From NCBI GenBank assembly GCA_028534125.1, contig CM052817.1:93870001-93934000 (forward strand): 64,000 bases of DNA. Reading direction: 5' to 3'. Origin of the DNA: Lama glama (Eukaryota). The notes beneath the pieces were generated by a model. That model was given only the letters and a program-made list of their open reading frames with translations, was not told where the DNA came from and made no database searches. The translations under genes and the position numbers were made by a program. Position 1 is the stretch's first letter. The number at the start of each line of letters is the position of its first letter. Below, piece by piece: positions 13,220 through 26,404 of this stretch.

Positions 13220-13448
13220 CCTCAGTTAAGAGCGTTTGCTTTGGAGTCAGGAAGACATGGGTCCAAACTCTGTCTATACTATTTACCGGATATTGGATCC
13301 CAGGTAACTGTAACACACCCAAAACTCAGATCTTTCATCTTTGAAATGAAGATAATAGTTAGGTTTGCCTCACAGAATTGCTGTGAGAAGTATGTGATAT
13401 TACACATGTAGAGTGCTTAACAGAACGTGTGCCACGAAGTAAGAGATC

Positions 13449-13450
<2 letters not shown>
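13220..13450 (+). mobile_element. MIR SINE
   Basis: gttaagagcgtttgctttggagtcag...tttcatctttgaaatgaagataatag...agtgcttaacaga. Confidence 0.75.

Positions 13451-13482
<32 letters not shown>
13451..13482. repeat. (TG)16 microsatellite
   Basis: Perfect dinucleotide run. Confidence 0.98.
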
Positions 13483-13485
<3 letters not shown>

Positions 13486-13699
13486 CCCACAAAAATGCCC
13501 TAAAATGTTACCGACCTATGTGGAGTTTATAGAGCCTTGCACTAAAGGCTCCAATTGTTTTGTGTTCTCTAGAAAGTGCTCTGCTTTTAGTCTGGCAATT
13601 CCTCAAATGCAGAGGCGCACCCATGGCTGGTGTGCTGTGTGGCTGCGGGTCCCAGGGGAAGCAGTGATACATATTCAGGCGCTATGTAAGAACATTCAT

Positions 13700-13950
13700 C
13701 ACAGCGGCTAATAAAGGCGCAAACTCACTGGGCAATTTTCCTGTGCGTTTCATGCTGCTCTAAGTGCCCCACCTCTATTAACTCATATAATCCCACAACA
13801 ACTCTCCTACATAAAGACTGTTATTTTCATCTTATATGAGGAAATTTAGGCAAAGGGAGGGTAAGGAACTTCCCTATGGTCATGAGAGCTGGAATTTGAA
13901 ACCGGGGAGTCTAGCTTAATATACCCAGCTCATAACCACTTCACAACCGT
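13700..13950 (-). mobile_element. MIR SINE
   Basis: tgctctaagtg...atgaggaaatttaggca...gagctggaatttgaacc. Confidence 0.75.
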
Positions 13951-14145
13951 GCTTCGGAAATGCTTCTCCTCTCCGCCCTTGCAGCATCTTAACTCCTATA
14001 CAGCATCCCTTGCCTTTTCTAGGGTTGCTTCTTCCGGCTCTCTGCTTCCTCTACCTTTTCTTCCCCAGCCTTGGCAAACGGCAGCCCTGCCAGCCAATGA
14101 GGATGTCGCTTCCGTGAACAAACCAACCAATCAAGTTCCACTTAC

Positions 14146-14343
14146 TTTCATTATCAGGCCCAGGGTCCTAATCAGCAATAAATACACGTGCTCGGAGGCT
14201 TCTGTTCCCGCTGAGTTCACAGCTGCTCCAGGCAGCTGAGCCAGCCAAGCATCTCAACTCCTCTTCCCATGGGGATGACTCAAAAATGGAGCCAGATGTG
14301 CAGATAGATACCTCTTGATCCTGAACTACGGCGCACCAATAGG
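14146..14343 (-). other. Candidate internal exon of an unannotated, probably non-coding transcript
   Basis: On the minus strand: branch point CCCTAAC, pyrimidine tract and CAG acceptor, donor AA|GTAAGT; a stop in all three frames. Confidence 0.4.
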
Positions 14344-14635
14344 CTGTGAACGGGCGGAAGGTTAGGGGAACTCGCTGCGGCTCCTCCCTTCTGTTGGACT
14401 CTGCGCTGGTCTGTGGAGCAGCACAGATGGCTCTGGCCACGTCACAATCTGTTTACAAGGCCATCACTGTGCTCAAGTGGACACCTGGAGCTGCAGCAGA
14501 CTTGCCTCACCGATTCTGAGGACCCAGAGCAGCGCTATTCTGCATATTTGCACTATGCTTAGTGTTTGTCTCATTTATTGTCGTTTATAGAGGCACTATA
14601 GATTGCCACGAGTGTTTCGGTATGTGTCGTTTTCG

Positions 14636-14654
14636 TTTCGGCAGATGGTGACAC
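14636..14654 (+). promoter_or_regulatory. CTCF-like motif in a CpG-retaining patch
   Basis: tttcggcagatggtgacac is a partial match to the CTCF core; several CpGs in 14580-14690. Confidence 0.35.
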
Positions 14655-17429
14655 CAAGTTAGAATGGTTGTCCTGTGTCCTGGCCCTCGCCCTGAACTTG
14701 TTTTCTATGCCCAGATCATCTGTGGTTAGCTAAAAAAGAATTTTTTTAAAAAAAATCATAACCTTTGAGAAAAAACAAAACCCAAACTTGGATGGTTTAA
14801 ATGAAGTACTCTGTATGAAAATGAAAGATTTTCTTGAATTATCGAAGTAATTTCAGAGTCACTTTGTCTCTGAGATCTAGTTTCAGAGCAGTTGACTATT
14901 GACAGAAAATTCTGAGGGGCATTAACTCATTTTTATGTTAAAGAAAAGAAAAAACTCCCCTGTATGTATCTAGGGACTAAGGAAATTACAGTTCTCTGTT
15001 CTCCATTGGTAACTATACTTATGGCTAGCTACCAAGGAAACATTCCTTTCCCTCATAAGCAACATTTGTGCCCACGTAAAAGGCTAAGTTTTTTCTATGT
15101 ATAAAAGTGCTTTTAAAACTGAGTATCTATAAATTCATTTTATGCTTTAATTTTTGAGACAAGGTAATTTCAAAGAATAATTCTATTAACTATAAGTACT
15201 AAGACATTATTACTGTTTCTATAGTCCCCTAAGTGGCTTTTAATTCTTACTTCAGTATTATGATTTTTATTACCAATAAAAATTAAATGTACATATTAAA
15301 TATCTCATACAATTATGATTTAAATAAACTACAAAGTTTTTAATATCATATTCTAAATTCAACTAAAAATCAAAATAGTCTGAATAGTTAAATGCAGACA
15401 TAAGGACAATACTTGTTTCCTATTAAAAGATGCCATTTATAGCAACTAATTTAAACTATCTGTAAGGAAAAAGATCGTATCTTGTATATATACATTTTTT
15501 AGAAAACTCTCAATAGACCCCAGAGCAGGAAAAATATTTGGGAGGAGAGAGAAAACTGGCATGGGTGGGCATCCTGGCAGTAGCTGACCGAGGTCCCCCA
15601 AAGATAGTTTCAACGGTGACAGCACAGCTAGGAGGAGGACAGAACCCTGAGACGCCAACGTCTGAAAGGGAGGAGGAGGAGGGAGGCAGAGATTCTGAGA
15701 AACAGACTGATGAAAAGTATTCAGAGCTTTATAGGGAACACCAGGAGAAAATGGTGCCATTAGGGAATGAAAATGGCCAAGGAAACAGGGACAAGGACAG
15801 AGAGGAGTGAGAAGAATCTTTGGGTGTTTAAAAGACAAAGAGTGGGCAGGGAGTGTGCCTGCCTGCCAGACATGCATGTGTCTAAAGAGAGAAGCTCTGT
15901 TGGCCTGTGCTGTGCTGAAGGTGGCTGTGCAATTAGCATAGATTAGCATAGTGGGAGGTGCTCGGCTGGGACGGGGCCTCTTCCCTGCACCAGCACAGCT
16001 AATAACAATAGTCATAATGCACAGGACTTCCAGCCCCTGTTATCTCTCAAGCATTTGTGCCTGCAGCACCTGTTAAGTGAGCCTCCTCCAAGGCTACTGT
16101 GCTGGGCCCCACAAGCTGCCACTGGGGTCTCTCGCCACAACCATCCTTTTACACTGACTCAGGAGATGAGAACTTCCATCACTTCTCCGCAGCACCGCTC
16201 AATCAAGCTGTAAGCTCTCACAAGGCTTCACAGATCGTGGAGATGATCAAGAGCCCGATCCAGAGATTAATGTATAACTTACTTCCTGATGTGGCTTCCC
16301 CTGGGACCCACAAAGCCATCTTCTTTTTAGACTGTCTTTCAGGATTGCTCACTGTCTCCATGAGGCAGGGGCATCTCATGTGGTTAGGCTCTGGAATCCA
16401 GGCCCAGCCTTCACAATCCCAAAATAAGGATGGTCATGCCCGCCCTCTATGCCGTGGTGCACCTTCCGAGTAAAATCTCAGCAATCCTTTGCAAAGATGG
16501 CTGTCTCTCTCTCCAGGAATCTTTTCCTAGAATGTAGGAACTTAGTCTTTAATCCAAAGCTCATTTACACTCAGGGTAGGGCCCCCAAAGATGGTATTTC
16601 ACAGGCAAAGCAGCCCAAAGAGAATGTGTGGCATTTTTCCTGGCACCCCAATCCAAACGCACATGGATCTGGGTAGGCAGAAGTCTCTCAGCTCTCGTGT
16701 CTCTCTGGGGACACTCTTCACTGACCTTCCTCTGGCCTTGGTTTTGGACCAGGAGGTGGAGAGTGGCATCCTCTGCTAACCTCCATTTAGGAGGCATGGG
16801 TACAGTTAGCCCTTCCCCTTTCCCTTCCTGGAAATCTTCATCCTTTTTCCAGGGACTCATTCACCTAGATCTATTCAAGGGATCATTGTGACCTATCTCA
16901 ATAATCCCATGGAGTTTCCCAAACCTTCTGAGGAAATGGCCATTTCTTTACAGCCAAGACCAAATGGGGAAAGTTTTCATTTCATGAGTAGCTAAGGAGG
17001 ACTTTAGGGGCTCTTGCCTTTAGGTGTTGCACACTGCCTCTCCAGACTGGGATGAACCTTGAGGGTCCCTGTTGAGCAATGCTGAGCTGTAATCACTGGC
17101 TGAAGTTCTGCCAGGAATTGTATAGACTTTCTCACTCTAGCTCTCAAGCGTGGTGTCCTCCCTTCTCTTTAGCTCCAGGACATCTGAAAGATGGCTTTGA
17201 TGTTCCTGCGGATCAGCCTCTCCTGAATCACCCGAGTAAGGAGGTAGGTCGCAGCCAAGGACTACTTGGAAATGCTTGGAATAAAGCCTACTTGCAGCAG
17301 ACTGAAGCTGCAAGAGTAGAAATCAGAAATTTAAATTAATTTTCCTAAATGTGATACTAGAAGGAAGGAAGGCAATAGATCAACAACTTCATGTATAGAT
17401 TCATTTTAGGATAGAGGATATTTCCATTT

Positions 17430-17790
17430 CTTTAGTCATTCCACAAATGCTCCCTAAGAGTGCGTTCCAAGCACTGAGACAGGCCCTGGGGGACAAGCAT
17501 GAGCAACAGCAGGCACCCCGGTCCTCACATGGCTAGAGTCAGTCTAGAGTGGGGAGAGGCAGACATTAATTACATAATCACACAAATATGAAATCACAGT
17601 TGCGAGCAGTGCTGTGGTGAAAGATTAAAAGGGGCCAACAGACCATATAACAATCATCCCTGACCCAATCTGGGCATTCAGGAAAAGGTTCTCTAAGGAA
17701 GTGATGCTCCAACTGAGATCTAAAGGTTGGGCAGAAGGGGAGGAAAGAAGAGAGAACACAGAAGCCACACACTGCTTGAAGAAAATCATC
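17430..17790 (-). mobile_element. L2 3' fragment
   Basis: tcattccacaaatgctc...ccaagcactgagacaggccctgggg...tctctaaggaagtgatgctccaactgagatctaaagg. Confidence 0.75.
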
Positions 17791-19236
17791 TAAGTCTGTG
17801 TCTGGGGAGACATTTTATTACTGTGCATATATATGTGTTATGATAGATATTAATACCATGTGTATACATTAAAGTATATTTATTTGCATAGTATATAAAC
17901 AGAAATATCTTGTTTTCAAAATCACCCCTATTCATCTTTTGGAATAGCTTGAAAGAATAATTCAGAATCAACAGGTTTCATTAGGGTGAGGGCACTTGAA
18001 GTCAACACATGGGCTGGAAAGAACTTAGAATCTGGCTCCTATATGCCCAGGTGCTAGCATTGATTGGCTTTCCTTGACTTAAATGGCTGTGAGCAAGTCA
18101 TTTAGTCCTCGAGTCTTATTCCTCACATTTGAAAATTGAGATTGTTATAATAAACTACCTTGAATGTTCCTTCAAATTATAAAATTCCAAATTTCTGTAA
18201 TTATTCTCTGCAGTATCTAGAGACCTAAAATTAAGATAAGATAATTATCCAAAGACTTCTGCTATGTGAATAGCTATGTAAGATGGCTAGGGAAAAAATT
18301 AGTTCAATCCTACTTGGGGTTAAGAATAGCTTATACCTTAAATTAGGCACTTTAAAAAAGTAGAATAGGAATGAATTCTTTCACTAAGCTCTTTGTTAAA
18401 AATTATTCACTTTGGGAAAAATAGAATTCATTTTGTAAGTCTGGCATAAATATATGCTGATGGAGTTAAGGATGTAAAGGAACTAGAAACATCTTGCAGT
18501 GTTACAACTCATTAAAGTACTTACTGGACCATAGAGTACAGCATCTGAGAAGCAAATCGGGCTCTGAACATTGTTTTCTTAATTAAAATTCTCTTATTTA
18601 ATCCACTTGAAATACACAGGGAAAAAAGAAATAAAGAAAAAGAAAATTCAAAGCAGAACCATCATTGAGAAATATTGCTCTAAGTCCTGACTATTTGTTT
18701 TTCAACTTGCAGGAGAGTTCAACTTGTATAATCATGATGTAATTAAAAATAAAATGAGGGATTGGCATTGGGAGTTTTATAGGGTTTGAAGATTGGTTTT
18801 CATGCACCACACTTTTTTGTTATTTAAACTTTGTGACTGTCATCATTTTTCTAGTTGTTGAGTTTAACCTCTGCACTCCACGGCTGCAGGCCCCTCAAGC
18901 ATGCTCACAAACAAACGAAAAATGTGACTGGGTCCAGTGATCCAGAGGGTGTGTCACTCCACAGGGAAGTTTGCATAAAATGAGGACTCTTTATTCATTC
19001 GTATGTTCTTAAGCCAGGCATATATGGCCCAATTTATAAACCACTGTCTATGATTTTAGTTATATATGACTCCTAACCAACACCACCCCCCAAAGTCATT
19101 TAAAGACTGAGTCTACACACAGATGAAGTAGAGAATTATTTGAGTAAGCACAGAATCTGAGGACTGGACCAGACCTCAAGGTCTTCCACATTAATGGTTT
19201 CCAAATGTGCCTGAAAATAAGACTCACCTGGAGCCC

Positions 19237-19853
19237 TTTTTTAATTGAAGTATAGCTGACTTACAATATTATCTTAGTGTCAGGTGTACAACATAGGGAT
19301 TTTATATTTTTATAGATTATACTTCATGTAAATAAAATATTGGTTTTAGCCCCTGTGCTGTCTATTACATCCTTGTATTATTTTTATTTATTTTATACCT
19401 AGGGGTTTATACCTCTAATTCCTTTTGCCTATCTTGCCTCTTTCCCCACTCTTTTCCCTACAGGTAACCACTGGTTTGTTCTCTGTATCTGTGAGTCTGT
19501 TTCTATTTTGTTGTATTTGTCCATTTGTTTTATTTTTTAGATTCCACATAAGTGAAATACTGTATTTGTCTTTCTCTGTCTGACTTCTCTCACTTAGCAT
19601 AATACCCTCCAGGCCCATCCATGTTGTTGCAAATGGCAAAATTACATTTTTATGGCTGAGTAATATTCCATTTTGTGTATATACGTGTGTGTGTGTATAT
19701 ATGCATATAAATATACACACCACATCTTCTTTATCCATTCATCTGTTGGTAGACAGGTTGCTTCTGTATCTTGGCTATTGTAAATAATGCCACTATAAAC
19801 ATTGGGTGCATATCTTTTCAAATTCATGTTTTCATTTTGTTCAGATATATACC
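19237..19853 (-). mobile_element. L1 3' portion (non-inverted part of a 5'-inverted insertion)
   Basis: T-run, then ttaattgaagtatagctgacttacaatatt...ccatccatgttgttgcaaatggc; antisense ORF2 remnant ILPFATTWMGLEGIMLSE. Confidence 0.92.
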
Positions 19854-20130
19854 TGATTATAAAATGGGAAGACTACCTGAACAGACATACTGATGGCTAA
19901 CAGGCATATGAAAAGATGCTGAACATCACTAATGATCAGCAAATCAAAACCACGAAATATTACTTCATATCTGTTAAAATGGTTGTCATCAAAAAAACAC
20001 AAATAACAAGTGACGGTGAGGATTTGGTAAAAAGGGAACACTGGGACTGGGAATACAAACTGGTACAGCCACTACGGATAACAGTATGGCTGTGCCGCAA
20101 AAAATTGAAAATAGAACCACCACATGGTCC
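19854..20130 (+). mobile_element. L1 inverted 5' segment
   Basis: atggctaacaggcatatgaaaagatgc...aaaatagaaccaccacatggtcc is the L1 sequence just upstream of the minus-strand part. Confidence 0.88.
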
Positions 20131-20659
20131 AAGAATCACCTGGAATCTAGGGTTTCTCCTATGTCTGCTTGAACACCTCCAAGCTAAGAGCCCAAATATT
20201 TCCACCTAAAGTAAGTACAAACATTCTCTTCTTTCTACCTAGGAAAACTCGTATCTTCCCACCTCCTTTTACATACAGACACACCCAATATATGAAAGGA
20301 AGTAGCTCATTTGATTCCTGTTATTCAGGTATTGACAGTGAGCTGGAGGTAGTTTGTGTGCGGTGACAGCGTCCTCTCCAGGGCAGGATGGGAGGGATGG
20401 AAAGGGGAGGAGGGAAACTTAGTCAAAACCTGTTGTTCTGCGGCATGAGCACAAAACAATGAGCTTACCAGCTAAACTGGTAAATCCATCAGGAATATGG
20501 CCTTATACATTTTGAATACTGTAAAACTCAGCTATTTAGGAATCACTTTGAAGGAAATTACTGTTCACTTAATGAGCACATTTTTTACTCTAAATTGATG
20601 TTTTGAGCTTCCTTAATATTATGGGAAATCACTAAAAATATACCAGACTGAATTTTTAC

Positions 20660-20890
20660 TCTTTTTTAACACATATATCTCTCAAAGGCTTAGTAATATG
20701 CAGGGACTTTTCTTGATGCTGGGCTGCAGCAGGAGACAAGACCATTCAAAGACCCTACGCCCCTGTGACTTCTATTTGGTAGGGACTAGGAAAGAAATGA
20801 TCTATAAAGAAATAAAAATATAATAAAATATCTGGCAAAGATAAGTCTGTGAAGAAAATAAATCAGGAGAAGCAGACAGAAAATGACTTT
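20660..20890 (-). mobile_element. L2 fragment
   Basis: gatgctgggctgcagcaggagacaagac...ttctatttggtaggga...gataagtctgtgaagaaaataaa. Confidence 0.55.
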
Positions 20891-22129
20891 AAGACTTTTA
20901 TGGAATACAGCGTTGGGCACATCTCCATTAGCTGGCATTCATTAGTATGATTTATGGATGTGCATCATCTTCCTTCATATATGATTACAATGATACTGGC
21001 AATGTTACTTTCCATATTTATGGATATAGCTTTAAAAAAAAAAAAAACCCTGCAAGTTGCTTTAAGCTCTCAGAGAGCTTAGCTGGTCAAGCCCTGCCTT
21101 CTGACTGCAGGCACCAGTGTAGAGGCCGGCACTGTTTGCTGACGTTCCTAGCTTTACAAGCTGCTCAATACCTTGAATCAAAATGATCCCCCTCCATCTC
21201 ACTGCCATGTGCCACGTCTGCCCTCAGACAGCACCCTTCATTCATCACCGACCGCAGCTCCCTTGGTGTCACGTCCTCATGTCCGATGGGTTTCTCGGTG
21301 AGTTGCCTGGATGGAGCTTTCTTCCTGCGTCTTGCTGTGGAGCAGCTGCTCCAGATCCTGCCGCCATCCATCCTCAGCCAGGGTGCAGCCAAGCAGAGCG
21401 GTGCACATGGCTTGGGTATTTGCAGACTGGCTGCTTTCCAGGGCAGCTGGAAAAGGCTAGTGGGATGCTGTGTTTCTATGCATTTATATAGTGATTATCA
21501 CCCTTATGGCACGGCCCCAGGCTGATCAAACAGTGTGTCCAAACTTAATGGGACAGATGCACTTCTGCTTTTCACCTCTTTTTGAAGAGGGAAACAGAGA
21601 AAAGTGAGCCACAAATAGGCATTAGAAATGACTAGCTTATAAAAAACAAAGAATTAGCAAGCAAGCTTAAACTGTCTTTGATAGCATTACCGTGGATGCA
21701 GACAAACACGGGGATGCTAAGAGTCTTGGCCAAGTATGCTCCATATTGTCACCAAATGGATGCCACCACACACTACAGATGCAAACCACATCTTTTAATT
21801 TCATGGTTTGTTTAGTTCAAAAGCTCTTTTATATACATTTATATCATTGTATGTTCACTGGGTTTTCATTACAAATACTCCTTAAATGCACCATACAAGT
21901 AAAATTTTCATAAAATGACATTTTAAAATGTTTGGAAAACTTCACTTTATTACCCAGAAACAGACCATGTCTACAGTTAACTCAGTCATCCACGTCTATG
22001 GATGGAAACAACGGAATACATGGTGGATAGTGCAAAATCATCCAAAAGCCAGTTACACTACAGCTGTGTGCAGAATTTAATAACCTGAATTAACAATGTA
22101 CTGAATGTTCTGTTTCACTCATTTCACAA

Positions 22130-22405
22130 CAGACTCTTACTTCCCCACTGGTTACTACTCCTGTCTCCTTTTCTTGAAACTTCCCTAATCCATAAATTCC
22201 TTGATACCACTCTGGGTCATTCTATCTCCTGGTAGACTCCTTTTCTTTCTCCCTCTCTCTGAACAAGCACATGTCGTAAGGTTCAGGGTATCATGCTTTG
22301 TCCTTCCTTGTATCTACTCCCATCCCCAAGATCTCATCCACCTTCACATCCTCAACTTTCATCTCTTTGAGGATGACTCTGAAACTTTTATTTTCCACCT
22401 TAAGT
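22130..22405 (+). mobile_element. L2 fragment
   Basis: Pyrimidine-rich; atctactccc...gatctcatcca...gatgactctgaaactttta. Confidence 0.6.
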
Positions 22406-23483
22406 TGGGCATACATAAGTCTCATATGAATTGTTCCATAAGGGTATTAGAACAACTGATGATTCATTTGGGAAAAGATAAGTATTTACCATATACAAAA
22501 TTCAATCCTAAATGAGCTAAAGAGGTAAAGATTTTTTAACAAAAATACATGGTAGTCATAAAGTTTGGATATATATATATATTTTTATAATGTAATATAA
22601 ATATTATATATATATACACACACAAATTGAATCTCTTTGATGATGTCTTCTGAGATACGCTAAAGGCACAGATTTATCCAGTGAAAATCAGAGATACAAA
22701 TCAATGCATCACAGATGCATGTGCAGGGACTTATGATAATTTCATGTTAATGTATCCCATTTGTTGCAAATTTGTAGAGCATTGAACTATGCAGCACTAA
22801 TAAGAAACAACACATTGAACATATTATGAATGTCACTGAATTTATTTATGGTAACACAGTATCAATAAGCCACTTATGCATATTTAGTTAGGCTTCTGGA
22901 AATTCTGGTCATCATGTTTAACAAGTATATCATGTTTAAGGAGTATATGAGTTTTTTATTTAAAATTATGGGATAAGAAAAGCCTTTCTACATATGCAAT
23001 AAAAGTCAAAAAGCAAATATTTTAAAATGCATTTTTTAAAGGTTCCCAAAGAATCCAAACTATTCACAGAGATTGTCTTTATGAGTGGGAAATTTTTATG
23101 TTTTATTCTAAAAATTTATGAATTGTTTCATTTTTAATAATAAGTATCTTTTCATAGATTATTGGTATAAATTTTAAAACAATAAAAATGAAAGTACTGT
23201 ACAGTACTTAACTAAGCTACTAATACTCAGTGTACTTACTAGATTGATAAATTTCTCTGTCAACATACTTTTTTAAAACTGCTGATAACAATACAAAAAT
23301 ATATCTTGCCTCTAATATCTTTGACTAAGCAGGGATCAACGTGCAGAGAAAAATAAACTTCTCTCCCTAAGTTATTTTCAAGTTAGCTGACTCTAGAAGT
23401 CTGTATGAAATGACAGAAATAAGTGTAACCATTTTGATTAGAAATGTCAGAAACAATGAAAAGCAGTTCCAAAAAACAATGGG

Positions 23484-23530
23484 AAAATAAATTATGGATT
23501 AAAATAAATTATAGATTAAAATTACGGATT
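23484..23530. repeat. Short tandem repeat, about 17-bp unit, roughly 2.7 copies
   Basis: aaaataaattatggatt aaaataaattatagatt aaaattacggatt. Confidence 0.8.
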
Positions 23531-24575
23531 AAAAATATTAGAAGTTGTTTCCCAAGCTTTTGTCCTTAGAACATTAGCACTTCAGAATATAAGTGTTCTG
23601 TAGGAGAAACAAACTGCTTCATCATCCAAAAAAGTTTGGAAGAAATCTAGGCTAAGCATGAACATGTTTCATAACTTCCAGACTCCTTGAAGCCCTTAAC
23701 ATATGTTCATGCAGGTGGTGAATCTCTAACGGAGGGAGGCAGTATCCAATGCATCCCACATTGATTTAATTACAACCCCCCTTTTTTATGATAGCTATTA
23801 ACAGCTCATGTTGTGCAAAATGCTTATCAACATGTCAAGGAAGTTGCTAAATTTAAAATAATTAGTTCCAAAAATAGACATTACAAATTGTACCCCTGAT
23901 TCCTTAGCTAACCAAATAAATCTAGTCCATAGATAGACTGCACCATGTGTTTCCTAAATGGCAGCGGAAAGTTTTAGAACTTCTTGGGAAAAAATAACCT
24001 ATCTGTTCATCTTAACCTGTGCTCCAGATATTTGGATTCACAGTTTATTTACCACAGCTATGTCTGGGCTTAGGGATTCCTTCCCCCATACCTATTAATC
24101 TTCTTTCACGGTCTGTAATTAAAACATATATAATGTTTTAGATGATTAATAAGGTTGCCCTCCTTATGTTTAAAAGCTTCAGAGCAACAGCTTTTGAGTT
24201 CAGAATTTTGTACCTTCTGAATGTAATTATGCTAAAACACTGCACACCAAAAAGTGAGTAGCAGAATTCCCATAATCCAAATGATTTATACTGATTAATA
24301 GTGTTTATACTCACAAGCAAGTCAGATGAAGTACAATAAGGGCATTCTAGAGTTCTTGCTGGGATTTTTTTCCCCTTTAGACTAGTCTGCAAACACTACA
24401 AGGTCAGGAACCAGACTGCCCCTTTGGGCAGAGACATAGATGTTTTTACACTTCTTGAATAACATTAAACATCCTTCCTTGTTGCAATGACTCAGAGGCT
24501 TGCTATTTAACCATTCCATTTCCATAATTAAATGGGCTACATAGATTTCAGTAATTTCTAACCAATACCCTAGAA

Positions 24576-24801
24576 CAGGAGGCCAGCAAACTATAGCCCT
24601 TGGGCCATATTCAGCTAGCATCTGTTTCGCAAGTAAAGTTTTATTGGAACATAGCCACACCTATTTATTTAAATATTGCCTATGATTATTTTCATCCCAC
24701 GAAAGCAGGCTTGAGCAATTGCAAGAAAATTTCCTTTCTGGCCAATAAAGCCTAAAATATTTACTATGTAGTCCTTTACAAAAAAAAGTCTGCAACCCCT
24801 G
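24576..24801. mobile_element. MER58A
   Basis: caggaggccagcaaactatagccc...aaagttttattggaacatagccac...gtctgcaacccctg. Confidence 0.9.
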
Positions 24802-25157
24802 GTATAGAATTCTGAACAGGTCAGTTCTCTTGCTGTCAGGGTAATTGCTGTTAGACTTGGTTTTGGAATTGAGTCTGTTCATATATTTGAATATTGGAGT
24901 CTCTCATTTTCTGAGCATTCACAATTTTTATTAATGAAATTATATTTTAAGTCTCTGATTGGGGAATTTATGTCTTTTCCCAACCTTGCCTCTTTGTTCA
25001 GAAATGCTTGATCTTCTGAGATTAATGAAAAGCTCCAACCACATAAAAAAAATTGGTTCACTTCCTAGAGAAATAAACATAATGAAAGATTTGAAATACT
25101 CTACACAGAAATCTATGAAACAGTACTAGGATAAAATTTAAAAGATATATTTAGAAG

Positions 25158-25300
25158 GGGTGTGTGTGCATGTGTGTGTGTGTGTGTGTATAGGGCTATA
25201 GTTTGCTGGCCTCCTGCGCTAGTGCATTGGTTAGATATTATATATATATGGAGAGAAATGGTTAGAAATTATTTTATATATATATATATATATGGAGAGA
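25158..25300. repeat. Compound (TG)n/(TA)n microsatellite containing a templated insert
   Basis: TG run, 49-bp insert, and two tggttaga...(ta)n-tggagaga units. Confidence 0.9.
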
Positions 25301-25803
25301 CACAGAGATTCCAAGACTCAATCCAGAGATAGACTCAATTTTTAAATTTATCAATTCCCTCCAAATGGATCTATAAATTTAATGAAATACCAATAAAAAT
25401 CACACTAGAGATTTTAGCAGAAACTGACCAGCTGATTCTATGATTTATATGGGAATACAAAAAACAAAGAATAGCTAAGATAAAGAACAAATTTGGAGGA
25501 TTTATACTACCCAGATACCAAGACGTATTATAAACCTACGTAGTAAAAAGTGAGGTTTTGGCACAGTAGAGATAAATAGGTCAATGAACAGAAACCAGAA
25601 TCTAGAAAAATAGGAAAACATGTATGTTCATTTGATGTATGACAAATAAATTATCCTGCGTCAGTTGTTTATTCACATAAAATAAAAATAAATCTTAACC
25701 TCATCCTCATATAAAAAACCAATTCCAAGTAGATTGTGAGACTAACTGTGAAATATAAAATAATAAAATTTCTAGAAGATAACATTAAGAAAGTCTTCCA
25801 GAT

Positions 25804-26404
25804 TGTGGGACAGACCCTAGGGTGGCCCCTATGATTCCTGTCCCTGGTGCTCCCATTCCCTTTGAGTGTGAAGGGAACCTGTGAGTTGCTTCTAACCAAT
25901 AGAATGCGGCAAAAGTTCAAGGTTTCCCAATTTAATTAAAGCCTCAAAAACGTTGATTTAGAGTTATTATCAAAAGAGGGATTATCCCATATGGATCTGT
26001 CTTAATCAGGTGACGCCTTTAAAATAAGGACTCTCCTTGGGGTCCTGATGAAGTCAGTAGCCTTGTGAGGAAGCTCACGTGATGCACTGCAGGTGGCCTC
26101 AAGGAACTACAAGTGGCCCTGTGACCTGAGGGTGGCCGCCAGCCACCAGCCAGCAAAAATCCAGGGTCCTCAGTCCTACAGACACTGCCAACAATCTGAA
26201 TGATCTTAGGAGTAGACTCTTCCCAGTGGAGTCTCCAAACGAAAACACAGCCTAGCTAATTCCTTGATTTCAACTTTGTGAGACCCTGAGCAAGGACCAA
26301 GCAAAGCCATGCTCAGACTTCGGACCCACAGAAACTATGAGATAATGTTATTTAAGCTGCTAAGTTTATAGTAAGTTGTTCAGCAGCAATAGAAAACCAA
26401 TACA
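25804..26404 (+). mobile_element. MLT1E-like solo LTR nested in L1
   Basis: tgtgg...ggtggccccta...ttgcttctaaccaatagaat...gagaccctgagc...cagcaatagaaaaccaataca. Confidence 0.85.

Noticed and set aside
15446..16015. 189-aa minus ORF and overlapping acidic 90-aa plus ORF
   Set aside because: The purine-biased sequence looks like degenerate antisense L2; low-complexity translation with no recognisable homology
10408..24801. Similarity between 10408-10630 and 24576-24801
   Set aside because: Independent MER58A insertions with different flanks, not a segmental duplication
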